From NCBI GenBank assembly GCA_035550375.1, contig DASZPH010000061.1:50514-114513 (forward strand): 64,000 bases of DNA. Reading direction: 5' to 3'. Under the pieces are notes generated by a model. It had not been told where the DNA came from and made no database searches. It worked only from the letters and a program-made list of their open reading frames with translations. The position numbers were made by a program, and so were the translations under genes. Positions 18,348-28,359 of this stretch are shown here, piece after piece (positions within the stretch are counted from its first letter, which is position 1; every line of letters begins with the position of its first letter). The DNA comes from Pirellulales bacterium. GTDB lineage: Bacteria > Planctomycetota > Planctomycetia > Pirellulales > JAICIG01.

Positions 18348-21101
18348 TCATTCTGCGGCCATGGCCGCGGCCTCGCGTGTCGCGATCGTCTCGGAGTACG
18401 ACCGCTTCCCGCGTTCGAGTATCTGCTCGGGTCTCAGGACAGCGAACAGGTGCATCATCCGCGCGACGATGCCGGTCCAGCCCGTCTGGTGGCTGGCGCC
18501 GAGCCCCGCCCCGTTGTCGCCGTGGAAATACTCGTAGAAGGATAAACAGTCTTGCCAGTGCGGGTCGGTCTGGAATCTGGTTGCTCCGCCATACACGGGT
18601 CGCCGGCCGTTTGAGTCTTTGAGGAAGATCGCCCCGAGACGCCGCGCGATTTCCTCGGCCACCTGATACAGAGTCATAAAACGTCCCGACCCGGTCGGGC
18701 ACTCGATCGTGAATTCGTCGCCGTAATAGGCGTAGTATTGCAGCAGCGCCCGGATGATGAGGGCGTTCACGGGCATCCAGATCGGCCCCCGCCAGTTCGA
18801 GTTGCCGCCGAACATCCCCGTGTCGGATTCGGCCGGCAGGTAGGAAACGCGGTACTCGCCGCCCCCCGCATGGAAAACGTAGGGGTGATCGGCGTGGTAG
18901 CGCGAGAGCGACCGGATGCCGTAGGGGCTGAGAAATTCGTTTTCGTCCAGCATTTTGGCCAGCACCCGGCGCAGTTTCTCTTCGTTGAGTATGGCGCCGA
19001 GCACGCGGCCGGAGTGACCTGGCTTTCGAGGGTCGTGAATCGAGGCCACCAGTTCTGGGCGGCTTTCGAGAAACCATGCCAGCCGCTGATAGACCTCGGG
19101 ATATTTTGCCCGCACCTCGCCTTCAAAGGTGGTCACCGCGCAGAACGGCAGGAGACCCACCATCGAGCGGACCTTAAGATGCTGCGCCTCCCCGTCGGGC
19201 AACCGCAGCACGTCGTAGAAAAAGCCGTCTTCCTCGTCCCACATGCCCTTTTCTTTTCCCAGGTGCATCATGGCCGAGGCGATCCACAAAAAGTGCTCGG
19301 AGAACTTGAGGGCCATGTCGGCGTAATCCTCGTCGGTCATGGCCAGTTCAACGGCGATCTCCAGCATGTTCTGGCAAAAGAGGGCCATCCACGCCGTGCC
19401 GTCGGCCTGCTCCAGGCTGCCGCCGGTGGGCAAGGGCGCGCTGCGGTCGAAAACCCCGATGTTGTCCAACCCCAAAAACCCTCCCTCGAAGACGTTGCGG
19501 CCCGTGCGGTCCTTGCGGTTGACCCACCAGGTGAAGTTCAAGAGAAGCTTCTGAAAGGAGGTCTTCAGCCAGCGCAGATCCCCTTGCCCCTTCTGCGCTT
19601 TTTCCAGCCGGTAGGTGAAGATGGTCGACCAGGCGTGTACGGGCGGGTTCACGTCGCCGAAATTCCATTCGTAGGCGGGAATCTGGCCGTTGGGGTGCAG
19701 GTAGCGCTCTCGCAGGATGAGGTTGAGTTGCTGCTTGCCAAAATCGGCGTCGACCATCGTCAGGGCCAGCACGTGAAACGCCAGGTCCCAGGCCGCGTAC
19801 CAGGGATACTCCCATTTGTCCGGCATCGAGATGACGTCGGCGTTGTACATGTGGTGCCAGTTGTCGTTTCGCGGCGAAGCGCGGCGCGTCGGCTTGAACG
19901 GGTCGCTTCCGCGTTCCTCGAGCCATTTGTCGACGTCGTAGTAATAGAACTGCTTGCTCCAGAGCATGCCCGCCAGCGCCTGGCGCATGACGTTCGCTTC
20001 GTCGGCAGTGAGTGAAGAAGGGATGACTTCGGCGTAGAACGCGTCGGCCTCGCTTTTGCGCGCGGCAAGCGCTTCGTCAAAATGGCTGCCGAAGGGCCCG
20101 CCGCCTGCGCCGTTGCCTTTAACAAAATCGGCCGGCCCCAGCGAAGTGAGCCGCAAACGGATCGTTCGGCATTGGCCGGCGTCGACGGAGAACCGATAAA
20201 GGGGCGCGGCCTTTGTCCCTTTCTTCTCCGGATTCACCGCCGTTCGCTCGCCGTGCACCACGTAATTGTTGATGCCGTCTTTGACGTAAGGCGAGCGGTT
20301 GGCGACCCCAAAGATGCGCTGCGTGTTGGTTTCATTCTCGGTAAACAGCAGCGGCACGTCGGCGTTGCAGTAGAGGTATCGCTCGCCGAGGTTCGCGTCC
20401 GTGGCCTTGATCACCCTCTGCGAGGCCGTGCCCGGCAACTCTTCGAGCAGAGGTCGGTCTGCCGCCCCGTGCCACGACCACTGATTGCGAAACCAGAGCG
20501 TTGGGAGCACCCAGATCTCCGCCGCCTCCGGCCCGCGATTGTGGACGCTGACCTGGATCAGGATGTCGTCGGGAGACCGCTTGGCGTACTCGACGAAGAC
20601 GTCGAAATAGCGGTCCCGATCGAACGCCCCCGTATCGAGCAACTCATATTCGAACTCGCCGCGTCCGCGGCGGCGGTTGGTGTCGACCAGGTTGCTATAC
20701 GGATAGGCGGCCTGCGGGTACTTGTAGAGATAACGCATGTAGGAATGCGTTGGCGTGCTGTCGAGATAGAAGTAATACTCTTTGACGTCCTCGCCGTGGT
20801 TCCCCTCGCTGTTGGTCAGCCCGAACAGGCGCTCCTTCAGGATGGGGTCTTTGCCGTTCCACAAGGCCAGCGCGAAACAGAGCCGCTGCTGGTCGTCGCT
20901 GATGCCGGCCAGGCCATCTTCGCCCCACCGATAGGCGCGCGAGCGGGCCTGGTCGTGGCTGAAATAATCCCAGGCGTTTCCCCCCTCGCTGTAGTCCTCG
21001 CGTACCGTTCCCCACTGGCGTTCGCTCAGGTAGGGTCCCCATTTCTTCCAGGGTGCGGTCTGGTCACGGGCTTCTTCGAGCCGCTGCTGTTCGGCATTCA
21101 T
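18348..21101 (-). CDS. Large GH63-like glycoside hydrolase (yeast YMR196W-type / MGH1-like family)
   Basis: The N-terminus WKKWGPYLSERQWGTVREDYSEGGNAWDYFSHDQARSRAYRWGEDG and the long alpha/alpha-barrel-like C-terminal half match my memory of this poorly characterised family. Recognised by eye only. Confidence 0.7.
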   Translation of the reverse strand: MNAEQQRLEEARDQTAPWKKWGPYLSERQWGTVREDYSEGGNAWDYFSHDQARSRAYRWGEDGLAGISDDQQRLCFALALWNGKDPILKERLFGLTNSEGNHGEDVKEYYFYLDSTPTHSYMRYLYKYPQAAYPYSNLVDTNRRRGRGEFEYELLDTGAFDRDRYFDVFVEYAKRSPDDILIQVSVHNRGPEAAEIWVLPTLWFRNQWSWHGAADRPLLEELPGTASQRVIKATDANLGERYLYCNADVPLLFTENETNTQRIFGVANRSPYVKDGINNYVVHGERTAVNPEKKGTKAAPLYRFSVDAGQCRTIRLRLTSLGPADFVKGNGAGGGPFGSHFDEALAARKSEADAFYAEVIPSSLTADEANVMRQALAGMLWSKQFYYYDVDKWLEERGSDPFKPTRRASPRNDNWHHMYNADVISMPDKWEYPWYAAWDLAFHVLALTMVDADFGKQQLNLILRERYLHPNGQIPAYEWNFGDVNPPVHAWSTIFTYRLEKAQKGQGDLRWLKTSFQKLLLNFTWWVNRKDRTGRNVFEGGFLGLDNIGVFDRSAPLPTGGSLEQADGTAWMALFCQNMLEIAVELAMTDEDYADMALKFSEHFLWIASAMMHLGKEKGMWDEEDGFFYDVLRLPDGEAQHLKVRSMVGLLPFCAVTTFEGEVRAKYPEVYQRLAWFLESRPELVASIHDPRKPGHSGRVLGAILNEEKLRRVLAKMLDENEFLSPYGIRSLSRYHADHPYVFHAGGGEYRVSYLPAESDTGMFGGNSNWRGPIWMPVNALIIRALLQYYAYYGDEFTIECPTGSGRFMTLYQVAEEIARRLGAIFLKDSNGRRPVYGGATRFQTDPHWQDCLSFYEYFHGDNGAGLGASHQTGWTGIVARMMHLFAVLRPEQILERGKRSYSETIATREAAAMAAE

Positions 21102-21128
21102 GGAGATCTCGAATCTGAAGGACGCCCT

Positions 21129-21338
21129 TCAAAATGGCAGCTCAAGCAAATACTTGTAATGTCCAGGTACGGGTTCCAATTCCATGTCTTCCGAAGGGAA
21201 AAACGGTCGCCGGTTCTCCCAAGCTGAATCGATGGGGGGCACGAGCCAGAAATTCCCGTCCGGATCGCGCACCACCCAATGCTCCGGCGAAGAGCGGTCG
21301 ATAAACAACGACACCGTCCGTTTGGTCACCGATTCCAT
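21129..21338 (-). CDS. Small hypothetical protein (69 aa)
   Basis: ATG 21338 has AGGAGG 5 nt upstream on the minus strand. The product begins MESVTKRTVSLFIDRSSPEHWVVRDPDGNFWLVPP. Confidence 0.55.
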   Translation of the reverse strand: MESVTKRTVSLFIDRSSPEHWVVRDPDGNFWLVPPIDSAWENRRPFFPSEDMELEPVPGHYKYLLELPF

Positions 21339-21356
21339 GTCCACCTCCTGGGTAAG

Positions 21357-22889
21357 TCACTTGGCCCCTCCCTCCGATTCCGGCTGCTCGAGGCGAACGA
21401 GGGTCCGCGTTTCCTGCCGGTCGGGGCCGAAATGCACCAGCACGGGCACTTCGTCGTTCGTCAGGTTGTACAGCCCCGTTTCGACCACCAGATCGTTGTT
21501 CCCCTCGATCTTGATCGCCACGCGCTGTGTCTCTTTGTCGACGGCGCCGACGACGGGGGTGACCTGGTCGGCCAGCAGGTCGTGATAGTTGCCGCGGATC
21601 ACGCCTTCTTTATTGAGCGCGAGCTGCACGACCTTATCGGTCTGCGTTTGTTCTTCGCTGGCGATGATGGCAAAAATGCCAAGCGGCAACCACTCTTCGT
21701 TCTGCGCCGTCTGTCCGCCAGCCGCGATCTGGTTCGCCTGGTCGTAATACTCCTCGCCGCTGGCCACGGGCTGGCCGTCGCTGTAGACGGTGCCGTCGTC
21801 GTAGGTGACGTTGCCGCCGTAGTCGTAGTAGACCGGCGCCCCGCCGCAACCGCCGTAGGGGCCGGCGAGCGCCCAGGTGGCCGTTGCCCAGGCCGTCGAG
21901 ACAAGTGCCCACTTGCCGGGGAACCACGCGCCCGGATAGCGGCCCCACCAGGCGCCGCCGTACCAGTTCCAATGGTTGAAAGCGCCGTTGACCCCCCGCC
22001 ACGCCTGGCCGCCCACGAACTGACCGTTTACGAAGCTGGCTCCGCGGCCGGCCGACACCACGTTGCCGCCAGGACCGACGACCGCCGTCGCCGAACCGAC
22101 GCGGCCGGTGCCGCCCGCGCCATAGCCGCCGCGCACGTTCACCGCGGTGTAGCCTTGCCGGCCTTGAACCGCTGTGACGCTTCCACCCTGACGATAGCCC
22201 GACGAGTCGGCATAGCCGCGGCTTACCTTCGCCCCTTCGGCACCGCCCGCGCCGCGATAACCCGATACGGAACCGCCGGCAACGGCGGAACCGCCGCTGC
22301 CGCTGCCGCCGACCGCTGCCCCGGCTTTGCCGTAGGTGCTGCCGCCGGCGGTCTCGACCTTGACGCCGCCCACGGCGCCGCCAACTTCCGCGCCGGAGCC
22401 CGTCGTCGTGCTGCCTCCCTTGCCGCCGACGGTGATCTGCGTTCCTCGCTGCGTCGTGTAGGTGCGTGACTGACCGCTACTGGGAAGCTGCGACGAGCTC
22501 GCACTCGAGGCGCCCCCCTTCGGCGCGCTTGAAGAGTTCAGGAAGCCGTTGATCTGGCCCTGGGTGGGCCGGCCCGAGGCACCTGCTGCAGTTTGGCGCG
22601 GCGCGGTGGCCGCACTGCGCGTGCCTTGGCTCATCCTGGCGGCCCCGGAGCTTCCCCCCGACGGAGCAACTCGGCTCATCGACGGGCTACGGTTCATGGC
22701 CGACGACGGTGCCCCGGCCCGCATGCCGCCGCCCGCTCCACCGAATCCACCTCCACCTCCACCTCCGCCTCCACCTCCGCCTCCACCCCCACCCCCACGT
22801 CCGCCGCGCGCCGTCACCTCGACGGGGCTCAAGAGGAATGAGAACGCCACACACGCCACCGCAACGGTGATTGGACGAAGAAAGTTCAT
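21357..22889 (-). CDS. Glycine-rich secreted protein, paralog A (unrecognised family)
   Basis: Start at ATG 22889 gives the signal peptide MNFLRPITVAVACVAFSFLLSPVEVTA, followed by RGGRGG(G)n. A W/Y-rich block and a conserved C-terminal domain follow. It is strongly similar to the product of 28360..29955. Confidence 0.8.
   Translation of the reverse strand: MNFLRPITVAVACVAFSFLLSPVEVTARGGRGGGGGGGGGGGGGGGGGFGGAGGGMRAGAPSSAMNRSPSMSRVAPSGGSSGAARMSQGTRSAATAPRQTAAGASGRPTQGQINGFLNSSSAPKGGASSASSSQLPSSGQSRTYTTQRGTQITVGGKGGSTTTGSGAEVGGAVGGVKVETAGGSTYGKAGAAVGGSGSGGSAVAGGSVSGYRGAGGAEGAKVSRGYADSSGYRQGGSVTAVQGRQGYTAVNVRGGYGAGGTGRVGSATAVVGPGGNVVSAGRGASFVNGQFVGGQAWRGVNGAFNHWNWYGGAWWGRYPGAWFPGKWALVSTAWATATWALAGPYGGCGGAPVYYDYGGNVTYDDGTVYSDGQPVASGEEYYDQANQIAAGGQTAQNEEWLPLGIFAIIASEEQTQTDKVVQLALNKEGVIRGNYHDLLADQVTPVVGAVDKETQRVAIKIEGNNDLVVETGLYNLTNDEVPVLVHFGPDRQETRTLVRLEQPESEGGAK
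22747..22796 (-). repeat. Gly-codon hexanucleotide microsatellite inside the glycine-rich paralog A gene
   Basis: The plus strand reads (CCACCT/CCGCCT)n then CCACCCCCACCCCC. This encodes an uninterrupted poly-Gly run in the product. Confidence 0.8.
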
Positions 22890-22942
22890 TAAGACCTCGT
22901 GCTTGAGCTCAATTGGAACGGCAGCTTGTACACTTCTACGGG

Positions 22943-23869
22943 CTACTTCGACTCTACATCTGAGTCGGCCGCCCTCTTGCGGACGAGCGTAACGGGCTCG
23001 ACGTTCGACAACGCTTGACCGTCCACTTCGCGGTCGATGGACTGCCAGGTAAACGTGTCGGCATCGACGTAGGTATAGACATTGGTCGACGACGCCGTCC
23101 GTCCGTCGGCCAGGACCTGGCGGAACTTGACCAGCCAACGGTTGTCGTCCCGCGACCAGAGGCCGTCGCCAAACCCTCCGTCGGAATCGAACATCCAGGA
23201 ACGGACCGCCTTGAGCAGAGGGTCATAGCCGACGACTTGCGTTCCTTCCAATTCGTCAACGTTGCCGGTAGAGATCTTGAAGGTGTAAGACAAGAACGTC
23301 TTGTTCTTCGTCCAGACAACCGAGGTTTCGACGGTCGCCTCCTCGCTCTGGTCGACCCAATCGCCCACCAGCCAGGCAAGCTCGGCCAGACGTTCGTTGG
23401 CAGGTTCTTCAGGCGCCGGCAAGTCGGTCTCGCGAATGCTGTCGATCTGCCATTGGCCGTCGCGCTTGACGTGGACGGCCGAATAACCGGTGCGTGAGGG
23501 CAGGGTGTTAGGCAACGAGGTCACCTCAGCGGTTCCCTCTTCAATGGCCACGTCGTCGGTGACGAACCGGACCGTATCTACCTTTACCGCCAGAACGGCT
23601 TCGGGATCGTCGGCGAACGAAGTTTGAAACTGTTTTTCGATCGCTTTCCGCCCCACGAGCCGAATCCCATCGGCCGGTCGGACATAAACGCCGTTTTCAG
23701 ACCAGTGCCGTGCGAGCGCCGCTGCGTCCTTGGCGTTGAAGGCTTCGACGTAGGCGGCGGCTTCCGCTTCAATCTGCCGTACGTCTTCGTCCTTGGGTCC
23801 GTCGTCTGCGGTCGAGAACCCGCCCGGCAACATCAGAAGCGCGATTGGCAAAAACACCTTGCGAGTCAT
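22943..23869 (-). CDS. Secreted tandem NTF2-like (SnoaL/DUF4440-type) protein, paralog A
   Basis: Signal peptide, then two NTF2-like halves (YVEAFNAKDAAALARHWSENGVYV... and LAWLVGDWVDQSEE...WLVKFRQVLADG). Homologous along its length to the product of 36257..37186. Confidence 0.7.
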   Translation of the reverse strand: MTRKVFLPIALLMLPGGFSTADDGPKDEDVRQIEAEAAAYVEAFNAKDAAALARHWSENGVYVRPADGIRLVGRKAIEKQFQTSFADDPEAVLAVKVDTVRFVTDDVAIEEGTAEVTSLPNTLPSRTGYSAVHVKRDGQWQIDSIRETDLPAPEEPANERLAELAWLVGDWVDQSEEATVETSVVWTKNKTFLSYTFKISTGNVDELEGTQVVGYDPLLKAVRSWMFDSDGGFGDGLWSRDDNRWLVKFRQVLADGRTASSTNVYTYVDADTFTWQSIDREVDGQALSNVEPVTLVRKRAADSDVESK

Positions 23870-24204
23870 GGTCAGTAACTCCAGAGTCGTTCAAGTAACA
23901 GATCTCGTCCGGCATGCGCGGCTTCCGCGTCTCCGAGCAAACGAAGCGCCCTCAGGATATTTCAAAAATAGGCCCAAATTCAACTTCCCGTGGTTCATCG
24001 CGGACGGGCGAGATGTGCGTGCCCGCACACTCGGTTGTCGCAGGTCTCACCCAGGAGAACGACCGGGAGCCACGGCGGCCGTGGGACGGCGCCGAATGCC
24101 GGTCCGAAAGTACAATTCGGCCGAGTTGGCCCTTCCGACCTCGCAGTCGCCGATGGCTCTCGGTTAAACGATGATGCACGTCAGAACTCCGACGGGACAC
24201 AGCG

Positions 24205-25638
24205 CTAGAACGCGACTTTGTACCGCTCGCTCAGCCCCTGCCGGATTCGGGCGGCTTCGTTCTCGATTGCTTGATAAGTATCGCGGGCTGAAAGCACGCC
24301 CTTGGCACGCTCCTGAGCACGAACCGCTCGCTGCTGGGCATCCACGTAGAACCAATCGGCATAGTAGGAGTAATTGGAAGCAACGGTCTGCGCGTTCTGG
24401 GCGGCGGAGTGGATGCCGACTCCCCGCATGTCGCCTGCCATGCTGCGCAGGGCGGTGCTGACCGCGCGGCCGAAGCCGAGCAGTTCTTCGTCGACGTTCT
24501 GAATCGGCATCCTGTCGATGCGCCGGGCCCATTTGTCGAACCAGAGCGCGTTCTGTCCAAATGTCTTGGCCGTGTTGGCTTCGCTGCGCAGGTCGTCGAG
24601 GACCGACATCAACGACCTGAAATACTGCTGCGAGGCCTGGGCCTTGGCCTCCGCCTGGTTCGCTTGAGAATCCTGCCTGGCATCGCTCGCCAGGATGGCC
24701 GAAGTCGGGCTGTCGATCAGGGCCAGCACGCGCCTCATGCCGGCCGTGGTCAGCGGACCCTCGAAAGTGATGCGCTGTTTCTCCGCCGTCACCTGCCAGC
24801 TTTCGACGTCGCCGATGCGGGCGTCGAGGTCGCCCAGAATCTCCAGCAAAAGCGGCTGGGCTACGGCCGCCAGAGGCGTCGCGTCGCCTCCGAAGTGGAT
24901 CCGCAGCCGACCCGAGGCAACGTCGGTCACGGCAACCTCCACTGCCAATCCGCGAATGCTGGCGAGTGCCTTGGCCGCCGCGTCGAGGTCCAACTTCTTG
25001 GCCACCTCGCTGGCGGCCAGCTTGGCTCGTATCACGTCCGGCGGAATCGCGTCTTCCAGATTGAAGGCCATGACGATCTGGCTTTTGTCGGAGGCGACCA
25101 GGGTCCCCTTCAGATACGGGGAAAGGGTCGGGGCCGTGCGTGACCGAGCTTCCCGAAGCCACCGCGCCACGGACTGGCGATTGGCGGGCGCCATGGCGCC
25201 CAGCCGCTTGTTCCCGAGTTCGACGACATAGGAATCGTCTCGCAGGGCGACGGCCGGCCGTTCGCCGATCGAATCGAGAATTCCCTTGCTGGATCGGGCA
25301 ATCGCCGCGGCGCTACGCGACTCGGCCAGGTCGGCGACCGCTAGTTCCCAGGCCGGGCTCATGTGTACGTAGTCGATTTCCGCCGCCAGGATCATGCGGT
25401 CGGTGAAGGGCGGAATCGCGCAGAGCCCCGCAGCAAACGCTTGATCGTGCTTGTCCTTCCAACCTTCCCGCGCCGCGAGCGGGCTGTCGAACAGGTTTTT
25501 GACGTCAACCAGCGCGATCGCGTTGGCGCTGCTCGGAACGCTCGCTGCCAGCGGTTCAAATTGAGCATCGGCGGGCGAGGCCGCGAAGAGAAAAACCGTC
25601 GAAAGTGCGAGGATGCTTGCGGAGGCGCGAGAGTACAT
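24205..25638 (-). CDS. Secreted hypothetical protein (477 aa)
   Basis: ATG 25638 gives the signal peptide MYSRASASILALSTVFLFAASPADA. The frame is long, protein-like and uninterrupted. No family recognised. Confidence 0.7.
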   Translation of the reverse strand: MYSRASASILALSTVFLFAASPADAQFEPLAASVPSSANAIALVDVKNLFDSPLAAREGWKDKHDQAFAAGLCAIPPFTDRMILAAEIDYVHMSPAWELAVADLAESRSAAAIARSSKGILDSIGERPAVALRDDSYVVELGNKRLGAMAPANRQSVARWLREARSRTAPTLSPYLKGTLVASDKSQIVMAFNLEDAIPPDVIRAKLAASEVAKKLDLDAAAKALASIRGLAVEVAVTDVASGRLRIHFGGDATPLAAVAQPLLLEILGDLDARIGDVESWQVTAEKQRITFEGPLTTAGMRRVLALIDSPTSAILASDARQDSQANQAEAKAQASQQYFRSLMSVLDDLRSEANTAKTFGQNALWFDKWARRIDRMPIQNVDEELLGFGRAVSTALRSMAGDMRGVGIHSAAQNAQTVASNYSYYADWFYVDAQQRAVRAQERAKGVLSARDTYQAIENEAARIRQGLSERYKVAF

Positions 25639-25836
25639 GGTGTTTTCAGCCTTGGTGCTTTGATCTAGGGTGCAGGATCGGACTTTGTCCGCCAAGCGGC
25701 CTGATGCCCGCATACAGTCGCAAGCGCCTCGTCGGCACTGGTGACGCAGCGAGGCATGGCCAGGCTCTCAGGGCTGCCAGCGGAAGTTGGTTGTCAGTAG
25801 ACGAGCCTTTGCCCAGTCGACCCGTCTTGAGTCACT

Positions 25837-28296
25837 CTAAACGTTGTCGCCGGCGGTGGAAGTGCCGGCCGGCGCCTTTCCTTTGACTCCCCATTTCCAG
25901 CCGGCGATAGCCGGCATGTCGTCGCCGTGCTTGGCGATGTACTGCTTGTGCTCGATCAATCTCTCGTGGATTTCCTGCTTGAAATAGGCCGCCCTGGCGC
26001 CGAGCTGCGGCAAGCGGTCGATTACGTCTTCGACCAGGTGGAACCGGTCAAGATCGTTGAGAACCACCATGTCGAAAGGTGTGGTCGTGGTGCCTTCTTC
26101 CTTGTAGCCGCGCACGTGGAGGTTTTTGTGGTTGGCCCGGCGGTACGTCAGCCGGTGAATCAGCCACGGGTAGCCGTGGAAGGCGAAGATGATCGGCTTG
26201 TCTTTCGTAAACAGGGCGTCGAAGTCGCGATCCGAAAGGCCGTTGGGGTGCTCGGTCTCCGGCTGCAGCTTCATCAGATTTACGATATTGATCACGCGCA
26301 CTTTGAGCTCCGGCAGGTGCGTGCGCAGCATCTCGACGGCGGCCAGCGTCTCCAAAGTGGGCACGTCGCCGCAGCAGGCCATGACGACGTCCGGGTCGCT
26401 CCCCTTGTCGTTGCTGGCCCACTCCCAGATGCTGATGCCCTGCGTGCAGTGCTTGATCGCCTGCTCCATCGAGAGCCACTGCGGCGCGGGTTGCTTGCCC
26501 GCCACGACTACGTTGATGTAATCGCGGCTTCGCAGGCAGTGATCGGTCACCGAAAGCAGGCAGTTGGCGTCGGGCGGCAGGTAGACGCGAATGATCTCGG
26601 CCTTCTTGTTGACCACGTGGTCGATGAAGCCGGGGTCTTGATGGCTGAAGCCGTTGTGGTCCTGCCGCCACACGTGTGAGCTGAGCAGGTAATTGAACGA
26701 GGCGATCGGCCGACGCCAGGGAATGTGCCGGCAGACCTTCAGCCACTTGGCGTGCTGGTTGAACATCGAGTCGATGATGTGGATGAACGCCTCGTAGCAG
26801 GAGAAGAAGCCGTGACGCCCCGTGAGCAGGTAGCCTTCCAGCCAGCCCTGGCACTGGTGTTCGCTGAGCACTTCCATCACCCGGCCGTCGGGGCTGAGTT
26901 TATCGTCGTCGGGATAAATCTCGGCCATGTAGCAGCGGTTGGTCACCTCCAGCACGTCCTGCCAGCGGTTCGAATTGTTCTCGTCGGGGCTGAAGAGGCG
27001 AAAATTCTTGTTTTCCAGGTTCTCCTTCATGATGTCGCGGAGGAACCTGCCCATGACGCGAGTCGACTCGGCGACCGTGGCGCCGGGCGTGGGAACGTCC
27101 ACCGCGTAGTCGCGGAAGTCGGGCAGCCGCAAGTCGCGCAATAGAAGCCCGCCGTTGGCGTGCGGGTTGTCGCTCATCCGCCGCTCGCCTTGAGGGGCAA
27201 GCTCTGCCAGGTCGGCCTGGAATCGCCCCTGATCATCAAACAGTTCTTCGGGCCGGTAGCGCTTCATCCACCCTTCGAGAATGCGAACGTGCTCCGGCTT
27301 GTCCATGTCGCCCATCGGCACTTGGTGGCTGCGCCAGTAGCCCTCGCATTTCTTGGCGTCGATTTCGGCCGGGCAGGTCCAACCTTTGGGCGTCCGAAAA
27401 ACGATCATCGGCCAGGCCGGCCGCTTGGGGGCGCTGGCACCATTGCGGGCCTCGTCCCAGATCTGCTTGATCTCCTGGACGACGACATCGAGGACCTCCG
27501 CCAGCTTCTGGTGGACGGCCTCGGGCTCGTGTCCCTCGACGAAGTAAGGCTTGTAGCCCATGCCCTCGAAGAACTTTGCCAGTTCGTCGTGGGGAATACG
27601 GGCCAGGAAGCAGGGGTTGGCAATCTTGTATCCGTTGAGGTGCAGAATCGGCAGCACGCATCCATCGCGCGCCGGGTTAATGAACTTGTTGCCGTGCCAA
27701 CCGGTGGCCAGCGGCCCGGTTTCGGCTTCGCCATCGCCCACGATGCAGGCCACGATCAGCTCCGGATTGTCGAACGCCGCCCCGTAAGCGTGGCTGAGGG
27801 CGTACCCGAGCTCACCTCCTTCGTGGATGCTCCCTGGCGTCTCCGGTGCGACGTGGCTGGGAATGCCGCCGGGAAAGCTGAACTGCTTGAACAGCCTTTT
27901 CATCCCGTGCGCGTCCTGGCTGATGTTGGGGTAGATCTCGCTGTAGGTGCCCTCGAGGTAGGCTTGCGCGACCAGCGCGGGCCCGCCGTGGCCCGGGCCG
28001 ATGATGTAGATCATGTTCAGGTCGTCGCGCTTGATGACCCGGTTGAGGTGAACATAGAGCATGTTCAACCCCGGCGTGGTGCCCCAATGGCCGAGCAACC
28101 GCGGTTTGATATGTTCGCGCGTCAGCGGCTCTTTCAAGAGCGGGTTGTCGAGGAGGTAAATCTGCCCGACCGAGAGGTAGTTGGCAGCACGCCAGTAGGC
28201 GTCGATCTTCTGCAGCTCTTCGGCCGAAAGCGGGCCGCCTGCCGCAGCCTTGTTGCTTTCGGCGGGCTTCGGTCGTCGTTGGGTGGTGGTTGCCAT
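25837..28296 (-). CDS. xfp: Xylulose-5-phosphate/fructose-6-phosphate phosphoketolase
   Basis: [39 protein letters not shown] and GDGEAETGP are classic XFP/ThDP motifs. The product is 819 aa. Confidence 0.95.
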   Translation of the reverse strand: MATTTQRRPKPAESNKAAAGGPLSAEELQKIDAYWRAANYLSVGQIYLLDNPLLKEPLTREHIKPRLLGHWGTTPGLNMLYVHLNRVIKRDDLNMIYIIGPGHGGPALVAQAYLEGTYSEIYPNISQDAHGMKRLFKQFSFPGGIPSHVAPETPGSIHEGGELGYALSHAYGAAFDNPELIVACIVGDGEAETGPLATGWHGNKFINPARDGCVLPILHLNGYKIANPCFLARIPHDELAKFFEGMGYKPYFVEGHEPEAVHQKLAEVLDVVVQEIKQIWDEARNGASAPKRPAWPMIVFRTPKGWTCPAEIDAKKCEGYWRSHQVPMGDMDKPEHVRILEGWMKRYRPEELFDDQGRFQADLAELAPQGERRMSDNPHANGGLLLRDLRLPDFRDYAVDVPTPGATVAESTRVMGRFLRDIMKENLENKNFRLFSPDENNSNRWQDVLEVTNRCYMAEIYPDDDKLSPDGRVMEVLSEHQCQGWLEGYLLTGRHGFFSCYEAFIHIIDSMFNQHAKWLKVCRHIPWRRPIASFNYLLSSHVWRQDHNGFSHQDPGFIDHVVNKKAEIIRVYLPPDANCLLSVTDHCLRSRDYINVVVAGKQPAPQWLSMEQAIKHCTQGISIWEWASNDKGSDPDVVMACCGDVPTLETLAAVEMLRTHLPELKVRVINIVNLMKLQPETEHPNGLSDRDFDALFTKDKPIIFAFHGYPWLIHRLTYRRANHKNLHVRGYKEEGTTTTPFDMVVLNDLDRFHLVEDVIDRLPQLGARAAYFKQEIHERLIEHKQYIAKHGDDMPAIAGWKWGVKGKAPAGTSTAGDNV

Positions 28297-28359
28297 ATCT
28301 CGCTCCTTCGGGTCGGGGACGTTAGTTGTTCAAAAAGGCCGCTCAGGCAGACACTGCAA

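Noticed and set aside
15600-21227. Assorted long antisense or alternative-frame ORFs (15600..16568, 16908..18137, 18738..20015, 20082..21227, 16897..17625)
   Set aside because: Each lies opposite or out of frame with a gene that has clear family motifs (DevB, GH13, GH63-like). All have the Arg/Pro/Gly-rich composition of non-coding frames in GC-rich DNA.
22735-22805. Short tandem repeats considered as a possible CRISPR or minisatellite
   Set aside because: The period is 6 nt with no spacers, and the tract lies inside a coding region, encoding poly-Gly. This is a coding microsatellite, not a CRISPR array.
22890-23138. N-terminal extensions of track ORFs (for example 21357..23138, 28360..30156, 43294..44952, 24205..25713, 32784..33596, 35529..36431, 58835..59485, 50541..51272)
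   Set aside because: In each case an internal ATG gives a proper signal peptide or a canonical family N-terminus, often with an SD-like sequence. The upstream part is Arg-rich, overlaps a neighbouring gene or crosses a repeat element.
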